Of a stretch of 64,000 bases of DNA, positions 25,746 to 35,755 are shown one piece after another. The notes under the pieces are model-generated. The model saw nothing but the letters and a program-made list of their open reading frames with translations, did no database searches and was not told the DNA's origin. Position 1 is the first letter of the stretch; the number at the start of each line of letters is the position of its first letter. Made by a program: the position numbers and the translations under genes. Source of the stretch: Draconibacterium orientale (GTDB taxonomy: Bacteria > Bacteroidota > Bacteroidia > Bacteroidales > UBA1556); NCBI GenBank assembly GCA_020718275.1, contig DYSI01000001.1:23574-87573 (forward strand), in the 5' to 3' direction.

Positions 25746-26365
25746 ACGGAAAACTAAAAAAATAACGAAGCCATAATAAATAGGACTCTGAGCGGTCGGC
25801 ACGACCCAGCGAGGAGTTTGATGGTTTTGAGCTGGGTTGGTGTAAAGTCGAGCCTCGTTTTACATGATTTAGACCAAGCTCTTGTGTATCCCTCTACAAA
25901 CCGCGCCTTGTAATTCAAGATACGACTCTTTATTTTTGCTTTTTTTTAAAAATCGAATGACATAAAAATAACAAAACCGCGAAGGCAAATAATCAAGATC
26001 GTAAGCTGATGGCGGCAAAGTGGGCAAACTCAGATATTTTATGTCAATGAAAATGAAATCGCTAACTTGCTTCCAATAAATTTGGAGATGTAGTTTTAGG
26101 TAGCGGCACTTTTTACTTTTATCAAAAAAAATCTACAAGATCATTGTTAGAAGAAGCCATAATATTTATATTTTTACTTGCGAACTTAAATGAAATCTAT
26201 TCGAGTTTAATTCAAATAAAAGTCAATGGCTATCAGCAAGGATTCTTATGTAAATTATTGAAATTCTTTTGGAATTTTCACAAAGTATTATTTGGATTAA
26301 AAACCTAAGATTACGAAATACAGAAAGCAACACAAAACAAAAGACTTGAGATAAAAACTGCATAA

Positions 26366-27433
26366 ATGAATAAACGGATTTGGACATATATTCTGGGAAT
26401 CAGCGCCGCTTTTCTGATTTTAATCCTAACAGATTTTCTATTGGTTTATGCCGAGCAAAATCATCCCGACAGTAAAGTACATTCCTTCGGAGATGCCGTT
26501 TGGTATATGATAGTTACCATAACATCAGTAGGTTATGGCGACATTGTGCCAGTTACGCCTTTAGGAAAAGCCATAGGATACTTCTTTTTATTCACAAGTT
26601 TAGTTGTTCTCGGAGTTTTAATCAGTAGTATGACATCAAATATTTCCAAAATGATACAAGAAAACAAATTAGGTTATAACGGAACTAATTTCACCAACCA
26701 TGTAATATGTATTGGGTGGAATGATTTTAGCCGGATGGTGGTAGACGAAGTCTTGCAGGCAGAACGCAAAGTAGCCATTATCACTAACAACAAAGATGAA
26801 ATCGATTTGATTTACAAACAGTACTCCAATAATGACGTTTTTGTACTTTATGCAGATTACCAGGATTTAGATTTACTCAACAAAACCAACCCAAACGAAT
26901 CCTCAGAGGTATTTTTAGGTTTTAATAATGATACCGAAACCTTAATTTACGTCATTAATTTCAAAAAGAAATATCCAAAACCAAATATTGTGGTAGCCAT
27001 CAACAACCACAAATTGAGGGACACTTTTCATACCGCAGGCGTAAAACATGTGGTAGCAATCAACGAATTAGCAAGCAAATTAGTGGCTTCGTATGTATTT
27101 GAACCAGATGTCGCGAATTTGAATATTGATTTACTAAGTTCTGCAAAAAATGACGAGGACTTTGATAATCAACAATATGTAGTTACTGAGAGTAATCCTT
27201 TTTTGAATAAGAATTATGATGATGCCTTTGTAGCTCTCAAAATGAAGTATAATATTGTGCTCCTTGGAATCACCAAACACAAAGATGGTCACAATCAATT
27301 AATCGTAAATGCAAGAGCAGATACCATCATCGAAATAAACGATTACCTGATTATTATGGTTGGCGGAAAAGTAAAACGAAGAGTAGAAAAACTTTTTGGT
27401 ACTAAAGAAGGTAAAATATGTTGTAAAAGTTAA
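26366..27433 (+). CDS. Two-TM potassium channel with cytoplasmic RCK (TrkA-N/TrkA-C-like) domains, MthK-like
   Basis: Selectivity filter TITSVGYGD between two TM helices. The C-terminal region has a Rossmann-like fold (HVICIGWNDFSRMVV) and a TrkA-C-like end. Confidence 0.85.
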   Translation: MNKRIWTYILGISAAFLILILTDFLLVYAEQNHPDSKVHSFGDAVWYMIVTITSVGYGDIVPVTPLGKAIGYFFLFTSLVVLGVLISSMTSNISKMIQENKLGYNGTNFTNHVICIGWNDFSRMVVDEVLQAERKVAIITNNKDEIDLIYKQYSNNDVFVLYADYQDLDLLNKTNPNESSEVFLGFNNDTETLIYVINFKKKYPKPNIVVAINNHKLRDTFHTAGVKHVVAINELASKLVASYVFEPDVANLNIDLLSSAKNDEDFDNQQYVVTESNPFLNKNYDDAFVALKMKYNIVLLGITKHKDGHNQLIVNARADTIIEINDYLIIMVGGKVKRRVEKLFGTKEGKICCKS

Positions 27434-27506
27434 TTTTTCAATTACATTTGTATTCAAATTTGTAATACACGTTTTAATAAAGCATACAAAACTTAAAATA
27501 AAAACT

Positions 27507-28601
27507 ATGAAAAGTAAATTTACAATTTTCCTTGCAGTAATATTGATTTCGATTTTATTTGGTAATATTACAATGGCGCAAAATGCTAGTGATGTTGAAG
27601 CACCTAAATTGACAATAGTGACGGGCTTTGTTGGTGGATCTAATTACCAAATGGCGATGGATATGCAACGCATGACCCGTAAAGAATTAGGGATTCCAAA
27701 GTATAAAATAGTAACAGAATCAAAAGCTGTTTTAAATGCTAAAGGCGATACTGTTCGTGAAGAACCAATTGAAGATGGCGGAATTGGAGCTCCAAAGTTT
27801 GAAACAATTGAGCATACAGTTGCTACTGGTGACACTATTAACTTCTTAAAAGTTTTGGATTCGGAAGGTAGTTACTACAATTTTATCAAAATAAATAAAT
27901 CAGGAACCGAGCTAGCCTTTATTCAATACGATGTTTTGCTTTTTGAAGCGATGCAAGACCTTAAACGTTCTTACAAAAAAACTGATGGAATAAGAGTTTT
28001 GTTGCCAATGGGTTCAGAACAAATTCATATTATCACCCTCAAATCTGATGATAAAAAAGGTATTACCAAATTTGCTGACCTTAAAGGCAAAAAAGTTGGT
28101 ATCGGTTCAAGTTTGATGGGAACAAATATTACCTCTAAATACATTAAAGAAGTTACCGGTATGAAATGGGAAGATGTGGAAATTCCTTTCGACAAATCCT
28201 TCAAAGCCCTATTCAATGGTTCTATTGATGCCTTTTTCTATGTAGGTGCTAAGCCAGTTAAGGATTTAGCCAATGCAACCCCTTCTATGAAAAACAAACT
28301 TACGCTTATCTCAATTCCTCAAAACGAAACCCTTGATAAAGCATATCAAAAAGTAACCATCACCACCGAAGATTACAAATGGCTTAGTGAAAATATTGAA
28401 ACTTACGCCGTAAGATCATTATTAGTAACCTCACTAAACGGACATAATGCAGAGATAGAAGCAAATATTCAAAAACTATTACAAATTGTAAAAGACAAAA
28501 AAGGTTCAGACCAAAACCACCCAAATTGGAAAATGATCGAATTCAAAAAAGATGATTCCATTGATTGGGAATACTATCCTGCAGCTTTAAAATTATATTA
28601 A
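27507..28601 (+). CDS. Secreted TAXI-type (TRAP-associated/PhnD-like) solute-binding protein, orphan
   Basis: Signal peptide MKSKFTIFLAVILISILFGNITMAQ. Motifs include TGFVGGSNYQMA and KKVGIGSSLMGTNITSKYI. The ATG at 27507 is preferred over the track start at 27396, which overlaps the channel gene. Confidence 0.6.
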   Translation: MKSKFTIFLAVILISILFGNITMAQNASDVEAPKLTIVTGFVGGSNYQMAMDMQRMTRKELGIPKYKIVTESKAVLNAKGDTVREEPIEDGGIGAPKFETIEHTVATGDTINFLKVLDSEGSYYNFIKINKSGTELAFIQYDVLLFEAMQDLKRSYKKTDGIRVLLPMGSEQIHIITLKSDDKKGITKFADLKGKKVGIGSSLMGTNITSKYIKEVTGMKWEDVEIPFDKSFKALFNGSIDAFFYVGAKPVKDLANATPSMKNKLTLISIPQNETLDKAYQKVTITTEDYKWLSENIETYAVRSLLVTSLNGHNAEIEANIQKLLQIVKDKKGSDQNHPNWKMIEFKKDDSIDWEYYPAALKLY

Positions 28602-28610
28602 ACCCAACTT

Positions 28611-28647
28611 GGGCAAAAAAAGCGAGCTAATGGCTCGCTTTTTTTTT
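28611..28647. terminator. Long bidirectional hairpin terminator
   Basis: GGGCAAAAAAAGCGAGC-taatg-GCTCGCTTTTTTTTTGCCC, a near-perfect palindrome with A and T runs. Confidence 0.8.
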
Positions 28648-28928
28648 GCCCTTTTAAATGCAAGTTTGGCTTTGCATTACAAACCATATCTAGCCATAAG
28701 ATCAAGTTTAAAGCCCCCACATTAATCATAGAATTGCATTACCATATCCAGTAAATCAGACGGCACATTCTCCATAAACACATGTAAATCAGCAACCAAG
28801 TTACCTTAATAGGTTGGTTATGCAAAAACCATATTCTACAGAATCATCTTGGACAAAAAAATTATGGTTGGGGATAGATGAGAGAAAATCATTATTAACG
28901 ACAGATCAATCATCAATAAGCACGATTG

Positions 28929-29924
28929 CTACTCGGGTTGCTTATTTGGAGCAACATAGGAATCGTTATTTTTTCCGCCAAATACCGAAACGCGAACATA
29001 ACGTTTGGGATTAAGACGTACATCTTCAAGTAACAGATGGAGTTCTTTGGAAGCGGCTTCTAATTCAACATAAAGAGAATCATTGTGTACTAACTGACCA
29101 ACAGTACCTTCACCACGATTAATTTTGCTGACAATTTGCTCAAATTCGACTAAACTATTATCTAACTTACTAAAAGTATTTTGAATATTAATTTGAGCAA
29201 GGGAATCACTTAACTGCGAAAAATTGCCAATAATATTATCAATCTGGCCACTATTATTTTTCAAATTAGCGGTAATATTCTCAACATTACTAAGAATTCG
29301 GTCTAGTCGTCCCGATTGCTCTGTCATCAAAACATCTAATCCCTTGGAAGATTTTTCGAGATTAATAATCGTTGATTTGATGCGTTCAATGGCATCGGAA
29401 AGATTTTTTTGCGAATCCTTATTAAAAACATATTTGATGGCCGACAGGATTGAATCTAAAGAAGACATCATGCCTTCCGCCTTGACTTTGATAGGCATCA
29501 TCTGCATGGAGACTTCTTCTTGAATGGTGGTGGCTACAATGGTACTGAGTGTATCTCCATTTTTAGCATACGAATCAGATTTTCTGTATCTTAACTCAAT
29601 ACTATTCACGCCTAACAAATCACTTTTGATAACGGCAAGTGTAAGGGCAGGAATTTGCAAATCATCATTGATTTTAATCTTAACCATTACACGAGCAGCA
29701 GAATCTCCAGGAATAAAATCAACATAAGAAACCTTTCCAACCCTTAAGCCATTAAGATTCACAGGATTAGAAACCGCAAGACCAGCCACTCGATCATAAA
29801 TACAGATATATTCATTTTCGCGGCTAAATAAGTCCTCCCCTTTTAGCAGGGAAAAGCCCCAATAGGATGCTATAATCGTAAAAAGTGCAACAACCCCAAT
29901 AATAAACTCTTTTCTAATCTTCAT
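28929..29924 (-). CDS. MlaD/MCE-domain protein
   Basis: N-terminal TM followed by an MCE domain (AGLAVSNPVNLNGLRVGKVSYVDF). Long helical C-terminus. Confidence 0.75.
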   Translation of the reverse strand: MKIRKEFIIGVVALFTIIASYWGFSLLKGEDLFSRENEYICIYDRVAGLAVSNPVNLNGLRVGKVSYVDFIPGDSAARVMVKIKINDDLQIPALTLAVIKSDLLGVNSIELRYRKSDSYAKNGDTLSTIVATTIQEEVSMQMMPIKVKAEGMMSSLDSILSAIKYVFNKDSQKNLSDAIERIKSTIINLEKSSKGLDVLMTEQSGRLDRILSNVENITANLKNNSGQIDNIIGNFSQLSDSLAQINIQNTFSKLDNSLVEFEQIVSKINRGEGTVGQLVHNDSLYVELEAASKELHLLLEDVRLNPKRYVRVSVFGGKNNDSYVAPNKQPE

Positions 29925-30010
29925 ATAGACTATTCTATCTTTTTTTGATAAATCATTGCAAAATTAACTATAAAAACATTGCCAGCGAAAAATCATAGAC
30001 TTTTACAATT

Positions 30011-31162
30011 TTATCGGGAATTTAATAGTTTTTTCGCCTCTTCATTGGTGATACGCTGCCCGTTTTTGAAAGCCACCACAAAAGCATCTTTGTATTTCCC
30101 CTCACGCATTTTATTCATTGCTTTCATAGCCTCATTAAAACTCTTATATTTTCCTGAAACATATTTGTAAAGCTCATTTTGCCTGTAAAACCAAACTTCG
30201 GGAATTGGATCAAATTCTTGCATTTTTTTAACTTGACTACTACGCGTGGCAAATTGAACGCTAAAATACACCTCCTCTTCCATCACTGTATTTGCTTGAT
30301 TGGAATCTATTGCAGGATTATTTTGGGTAACTTTTTGCTCCTCCATGGGCTTTGTTTGCAGGTCATTTTTGGGTGTTGACTGGTCTTGAACCCCTTCAAT
30401 TGATTGCTTATAATCACTGAAAGCATTAAAAATGGCCTTTGCCAAATAATTCTGACCTTCTTCCGAAATCAGAAATGTCTCTTCCTCAGGATTTGAAATA
30501 AAGCCTGTTTCGATCAATATGCTTGGCATTGTTGTATACACAAGAACCAAAAAACCAGCTTCCTGAACACCCCGATCGATTCGATGCAAAGAATGTTTAA
30601 ATTGCTTTTGAATATTCTGCGCCAAATCCATACTTTGCTCACGATAAGCCCCTTGTATTAAGGATAAAGTGATGTACGATTCAGGGGAGTTAGGATCAAA
30701 ATTATTATAATTTTTGCTATAGTCAGCTTCAAGTAGAATGGCTGAGTTTTCCTTTTTAGCAACATCTAAATTCTTGTCGGTGCGATGGGTGCCAAGTATA
30801 AAGGTTTCAGTCCCCTTGGCTGTGGATGAAGCAGTTGCATTGCAATGAATAGAGATAAATAAATCTGCTTTAGCTTTATTAGCAATTTCTGCTCGCTTGA
30901 ATAACTCGATAAAAACATCCGTTTTGCGGGTATAGATTACTTTTACATCCGAAAAATTCTCTTCAATCAATTTGCCCAACTTCAATCCAATTGCTAGAGC
31001 AATCTTTTTTTCTTGAGCCCGTGAGCCAACTGCCCCAGGATCTTTTCCGCCATGGCCTGGATCTATCACAACTTTATCAATTTTTGAAAAATCCTGCGCA
31101 GTTAAATTATTGTAAAACAATATCGTTAACACAATAATAAAAGATATAATTAATTTATACAT
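30011..31162 (-). CDS. N-acetylmuramoyl-L-alanine amidase (Amidase_3) with C-terminal SPOR domain
   Basis: VVIDPGHGGKDPGAVG and ISIHCNA motifs. C-terminal SPOR-like VYFSVQFATRS ... YKYVSGKYKSFNEA. Confidence 0.85.
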   Translation of the reverse strand: MYKLIISFIIVLTILFYNNLTAQDFSKIDKVVIDPGHGGKDPGAVGSRAQEKKIALAIGLKLGKLIEENFSDVKVIYTRKTDVFIELFKRAEIANKAKADLFISIHCNATASSTAKGTETFILGTHRTDKNLDVAKKENSAILLEADYSKNYNNFDPNSPESYITLSLIQGAYREQSMDLAQNIQKQFKHSLHRIDRGVQEAGFLVLVYTTMPSILIETGFISNPEEETFLISEEGQNYLAKAIFNAFSDYKQSIEGVQDQSTPKNDLQTKPMEEQKVTQNNPAIDSNQANTVMEEEVYFSVQFATRSSQVKKMQEFDPIPEVWFYRQNELYKYVSGKYKSFNEAMKAMNKMREGKYKDAFVVAFKNGQRITNEEAKKLLNSR

Positions 31163-31366
31163 AGACTAAATTTCAGTATTTGATTTTTGATGACACTTTA
31201 TTATCAATTATTGTGCAATATTTGTAAAGATCAACGTTTTCTTAGCTCAAAGTTTTTTTAGTTTTGATGCCGTATAATTTAGAGATTTTCTATACCTAAC
31301 AAATTTACGCTGTTGAATACATCATTTAGAAACCACCCTAGTAAATTGTTAACGAATTTATCAACA

Positions 31367-33961
31367 ATGATATTGCATAAACATCTGATAATAATATTAT
31401 TAGCCTTATTATTCAGTAGTTTAGGCCAATCCCAAAATTTACGATCTGATACTATCTCAACCAAAATTGATACGCTAACTTATCAAAAGCCAAACAATAG
31501 TTCTGTCACAAAAAAAGAAAAGCCTATCAATTTAATGACCGAAGCATTGTACGAAGCTGAAGATAGTCTAATCATGGACAAGGAGCAACAAAAAGCTTAC
31601 TTATATCAGAATGCTATGGTTTCGTATGATGGTATTGAGTTGAAGGCAAACTACATAATGATTGATTTCAAGAACAATACGATCTATGCTACTGGATTGC
31701 CAGACTCGAGTGGCAAAATGACTGGCTTACCAGTTTTTAAAGAACAAGGTGATGAATATCAAGCAAGTACAATCAATTATAACTTCAACACCAAAAAGGG
31801 AATTATTGCCAATGTCCGAAAAGAAGAAGGCGATGTTTACGTTTTTCTGCAAAAAGGAAAAAAAATGCAAGATGACATCACCTATGTTGAATCTGGTCAT
31901 TTCACCACTTGCAGTGCCGAACATCCTCATTATCGCATACGTTTCAAAAAAGGAAAGATAATTCCTAACGACAAAATTGTCACTGGCCCTATTTACATGG
32001 AAATTGAAGATATTCCCATTCCGCTCGTTTTACCATTTGGTTTTATTCCATTTACGAATAAACGAAGTAATGGCGTTTTATTTCCTTCCTATGGATATAC
32101 CGAAAACCGCGGTTACAACCTTACAGATGGTGGTTATTATTGGGGGCTTGGTTCTCATGCAGATTTAGCCCTTCGGACCGACATTTATTCAAGAGGAAGC
32201 TGGGGATTAAAAGCTTTGACCCGTTACAATTTTAGATATCGTGGTAATGGTAGCTTGAGTTTGAAATATGCCTTTAATAAACTTGGTGAAACCGACACCG
32301 AGAATTACACCGAAGATCAAGGATTCTTCGTAGTTTGGCTACATAATCAAGATCAAAAAGCGAACCCATATAGTAACTTTTCAGCCAATGTAAATTTAGG
32401 AAGCACCAAGTACAACAAATTGAATTCTACCAATACCAATGACTACCTCACCAATACTTTTCACTCAAGCATCTCTTACTCAGCTCAAATAGGGAATGGA
32501 TATAATTTAACCACGAGTTTAAATCACAATCAAAACTCCCAAAGTGGACTCATTGAAATGACCTTACCGCAAATTGCCTTTAGCACTCCACGCTACTATC
32601 CACTTGCCAGTAGAAAATCCGTGGGTCCGAAAAAATGGTACGAAAAAGTAATGCTTTCCTATAAATTTGATGCGAAAAATACGCTCAGCACCGTAGACAG
32701 TTTATTTAAATATACCAAATGGGAGGAATTTAAAAATGGAATTCAACAATCAGTACCTATCAGTAGTACGATACCGCTGGGAAGTTTTACTTGGACCAAT
32801 AGCATCAATTTAACTGAACGTTGGTATTTTCAAACCACCAACAAATCCTACCAATCTGACACCATCGTCAACGGAACTGACACCATTAATCCTCAATTGT
32901 TAGTCAACAAAATACAAGGTTTCAAAGCAGCACACGACTTTAGCTTTAATTCAGCGGTTAACACACGAATCTACGGAATGTACCTTTTCACCAAAGGCCC
33001 TGTGGTGGCAGCGCGCCATGTGCTTACCCCAAACCTAGGATTCTCATTCCGCCCTGATTTTGGAGCGCCACCTTTTGATTACTACCAAGAATACATTGAT
33101 GCTTCGGGAAACACTATTAGATATAGTATTTTCGAAGGACAAATATACGGCTCTCCAGCTGATGGCAAATCTGGCAATATCAATCTAAATTTTGACAACT
33201 CCATAGAATTAAAAGTGCGTTCAAAAAAAGATACCATCAGCGGTACTAAAAAGATTAAATTGATCGAAAGCCTTAGTATAGGAACATCCTACAACCTTGC
33301 CGCAAAAGAATTTGCACTCGCACCTTTGAGTCTTTCGGCACGCACAACCTTATACAAAGGATTAAGTATCAGATATTCAGCTTATTGGGATTTTTATGGA
33401 TATGATAGTACTGGCACAAGAATCAACGAATTCAATTGGAACTTAGGAAACCCTATATTTACCAAGAAAAGTGGCGAATGGAATCTAGGATTCAGCTATG
33501 ATCTTAATTCAAGCACCTTTAAAAAACAAGCAAAAGACCCCAAAGACCCCAACAAAAAAGGCAGAGAAGAAGTCAATAAGCCAGTAACCGGAATGAACTC
33601 CATTTCCGACTTCTCCAATGCATGGTCGCTAAACTTACAATACACCTTTCGTTATACCAAAACTCACAATGTCAGTCAAAACTATTTTGAGTATAAGAGG
33701 ATACAAAGTTTAGGATTCAGGGGAAGTGTAAACCTTACTAAAAAATGGAAAATTGGGGCTACCAGTAGTTTCGATTTTGACGCCATGCGCCTTGCACCAT
33801 ACACATCCATAGATATTTACCGCGATTTGCATTGCTGGGAAATGCTTTTCAATTGGATTCCTGCAGGACAAAGAAGAAGTTACAATCTAACAATCAGAGT
33901 GAAATCGAGTATGCTTCAAGATCTAAAAGTAGAGCGTAAGCGAGATTGGCGCGATTATTAA
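31367..33961 (+). CDS. LptD-like LPS-assembly outer-membrane protein (Bacteroidota type)
   Basis: Signal peptide from the ATG at 31367. The N-terminal region is OstA-like, and a long beta-barrel-like body ends in aromatic residues. The track start at 31313 is a TTG. Confidence 0.65.
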   Translation: MILHKHLIIILLALLFSSLGQSQNLRSDTISTKIDTLTYQKPNNSSVTKKEKPINLMTEALYEAEDSLIMDKEQQKAYLYQNAMVSYDGIELKANYIMIDFKNNTIYATGLPDSSGKMTGLPVFKEQGDEYQASTINYNFNTKKGIIANVRKEEGDVYVFLQKGKKMQDDITYVESGHFTTCSAEHPHYRIRFKKGKIIPNDKIVTGPIYMEIEDIPIPLVLPFGFIPFTNKRSNGVLFPSYGYTENRGYNLTDGGYYWGLGSHADLALRTDIYSRGSWGLKALTRYNFRYRGNGSLSLKYAFNKLGETDTENYTEDQGFFVVWLHNQDQKANPYSNFSANVNLGSTKYNKLNSTNTNDYLTNTFHSSISYSAQIGNGYNLTTSLNHNQNSQSGLIEMTLPQIAFSTPRYYPLASRKSVGPKKWYEKVMLSYKFDAKNTLSTVDSLFKYTKWEEFKNGIQQSVPISSTIPLGSFTWTNSINLTERWYFQTTNKSYQSDTIVNGTDTINPQLLVNKIQGFKAAHDFSFNSAVNTRIYGMYLFTKGPVVAARHVLTPNLGFSFRPDFGAPPFDYYQEYIDASGNTIRYSIFEGQIYGSPADGKSGNINLNFDNSIELKVRSKKDTISGTKKIKLIESLSIGTSYNLAAKEFALAPLSLSARTTLYKGLSIRYSAYWDFYGYDSTGTRINEFNWNLGNPIFTKKSGEWNLGFSYDLNSSTFKKQAKDPKDPNKKGREEVNKPVTGMNSISDFSNAWSLNLQYTFRYTKTHNVSQNYFEYKRIQSLGFRGSVNLTKKWKIGATSSFDFDAMRLAPYTSIDIYRDLHCWEMLFNWIPAGQRRSYNLTIRVKSSMLQDLKVERKRDWRDY

Positions 33962-33971
33962 ATATTGAACT

Positions 33972-34778
33972 ATGAATCAATCCTTGAAACAAATTGCGAA
34001 AGAAATCAGGCTTTTAACACTGCAAAGCCTTTGTGCTGCCGGTTCAGGACACACTGGCGCCTCACTTGGCTTAGCGGACATATTCACATTTCTGTATTTT
34101 CGACAAATGAAACATCGTCCGCAGGAACCAGATTGGCCTGTACGCGACCGCCTAATTCTGAGCATCGGCCATGTAGCACCGGTGCTGTATGCCACCCTAG
34201 CAAAGGCTGGGTATTTCTCTTTAGAGGAACTTTCTACCTTAAGAAAACTTGGGACACGCTTGCAAGGACATCCAGGTCGCGAACATGGATTACCAGGAAT
34301 TGAATTAAGCGCAGGTAGCCTTGGGCAAGGATTATCAGTAGCCGTAGGAATGGCAATGGCTGCAAAACACCAAAAATTAGCTTATCAAATATATGCTATC
34401 ACTGGTGATGGAGAACTGCAAGAAGGCTCCATTTGGGAAGCAGCAATGAGTGCAGCACACTACCAATTGGATAATTTAACGGTTGTTGTTGATCGAAATG
34501 GTCTGCAAATAGACGGAACAACAGAATCAGTGATGAAACTAGAACCATTATCGCAAAAATGGGAAAGTTTCGGGTGGAACGTAATTCAATGCGATGGTCA
34601 TGATTTCAGTGAAATAGAAAACAGCTTCAAGATAGCAAGCGCCGAAAAAACCAAACCAAGCGTAATAATAGCAAGGACCATAATGGGAAAAGGGGTTTCT
34701 GAAATCGAAAATCAACACCAATGGCACGGTAAAGCTCCAGAAACAACTGAACTCGAACGTTTTATTAATCAACTTTAG
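33972..34778 (+). CDS. Transketolase, N-terminal (TPP-binding) subunit
   Basis: Motifs GSGHTGASLGLADIF and ITGDGELQEGSIWEAAM. Confidence 0.9.
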   Translation: MNQSLKQIAKEIRLLTLQSLCAAGSGHTGASLGLADIFTFLYFRQMKHRPQEPDWPVRDRLILSIGHVAPVLYATLAKAGYFSLEELSTLRKLGTRLQGHPGREHGLPGIELSAGSLGQGLSVAVGMAMAAKHQKLAYQIYAITGDGELQEGSIWEAAMSAAHYQLDNLTVVVDRNGLQIDGTTESVMKLEPLSQKWESFGWNVIQCDGHDFSEIENSFKIASAEKTKPSVIIARTIMGKGVSEIENQHQWHGKAPETTELERFINQL

Positions 34779-34792
34779 CAACTAGCTCTCGT

Positions 34793-35755
34793 ATGCAAGC
34801 ATGGAGTAATCAAGGAAATTTGGCCTCAAAAATAGGTTTTGGAAATGCCCTCCTTAAGGTTGGACTTCACAATCCAAAACTTATTGGATTAGGAAGTGAT
34901 ATCACCAAATCGGTGGGAATGGATCAATTTGCCGAGGCATTTCCAGCGCGCTTCTTTTCCTTAGGCATAGCCGAACAAAATGCTATTGGTGTTTCCGCTG
35001 GAATGGCGTTGAGTGGACTGATACCGGTCTTTGCTACTTACGGAGTTTTTGCAAGCATGCGAACACTCGATCAAATTAGAATCTCGCTATGCTATAATAA
35101 GTTACACGCTATTATTGGCGGTGCTCATGCCGGAATTTCGGTCGGGCCCGACGGAGCAACCCACCAAGCATTAGAAGATATTGCCTCTTTACGGGCACTT
35201 CCAAATTTGACTATTTTATCCCCTTGCGACTCCAATCAAACAGAATTATTAACAAGCTTAGCCATTGAAAACGAGCATGGCCCTGTCTATATTCGTTTTG
35301 GTAGAGAACCAATGCCTAATTTCACTGCGATGGATGATCATCTAGAAATTGGCAAAGCGCAAATTATACGACAAGGCTCAGATATTGCTATTTTTGCTAC
35401 TGGCCATTTAGTTTGGCAAAGCATCCAAGCAGCAACAATTCTAGAAAAAGATTTCGGCATTAAGGCAAGAATTATTAATATACATACTATAAAACCAATT
35501 GATAAACAGAGTATTATAGAATCTGCCATACAATGTGGCTGTATATTAACAGCTGAAGAACATCAAATTACTAGCGGACTCGGAAGCGCCATTGCCGAAG
35601 TAGTGGTAAAAGAACATCCTGTACCTATGGACTTTGTGGGCATGCCAAATGTTTTTGGAGAATCTGGAACAGCCGCTGAGCTTATGCAAAAATATGGCAT
35701 GAATTCGGATACCATCGTTAACAAAGCACTTTTACTTATCCAACGTAAATCATGA
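34793..35755 (+). CDS. Transketolase, C-terminal (pyrimidine-binding) subunit
   Basis: FSLGIAEQNAIGVSAGMA. It follows the N-terminal subunit gene, giving a split transketolase pair. Confidence 0.9.
   Translation: MQAWSNQGNLASKIGFGNALLKVGLHNPKLIGLGSDITKSVGMDQFAEAFPARFFSLGIAEQNAIGVSAGMALSGLIPVFATYGVFASMRTLDQIRISLCYNKLHAIIGGAHAGISVGPDGATHQALEDIASLRALPNLTILSPCDSNQTELLTSLAIENEHGPVYIRFGREPMPNFTAMDDHLEIGKAQIIRQGSDIAIFATGHLVWQSIQAATILEKDFGIKARIINIHTIKPIDKQSIIESAIQCGCILTAEEHQITSGLGSAIAEVVVKEHPVPMDFVGMPNVFGESGTAAELMQKYGMNSDTIVNKALLLIQRKS

Noticed and set aside
25746-26365. Search for a tRNA or tmRNA gene serving as an integrase att site next to the prophage
   Set aside because: I found no T-loop-like GGTTCGAnTCC element, no acceptor/CCA-type end and no cloverleaf-compatible arms in this spacer. 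None were seen in the other intergenic regions inspected either. A proper tRNAscan/ARAGORN run is still advisable.
28814-29014. 66-aa plus-strand ORF upstream of and overlapping the MlaD gene end
   Set aside because: It overlaps the 3' end of the convincing minus-strand MlaD gene and has no start context or motif. It is likely spurious.
33965-34303. 112-aa ORF in an alternative frame at the start of the transketolase gene
   Set aside because: It overlaps the transketolase N-terminal subunit frame, which carries unmistakable TPP-binding motifs. The alternative frame is R/T/S-rich with no features.
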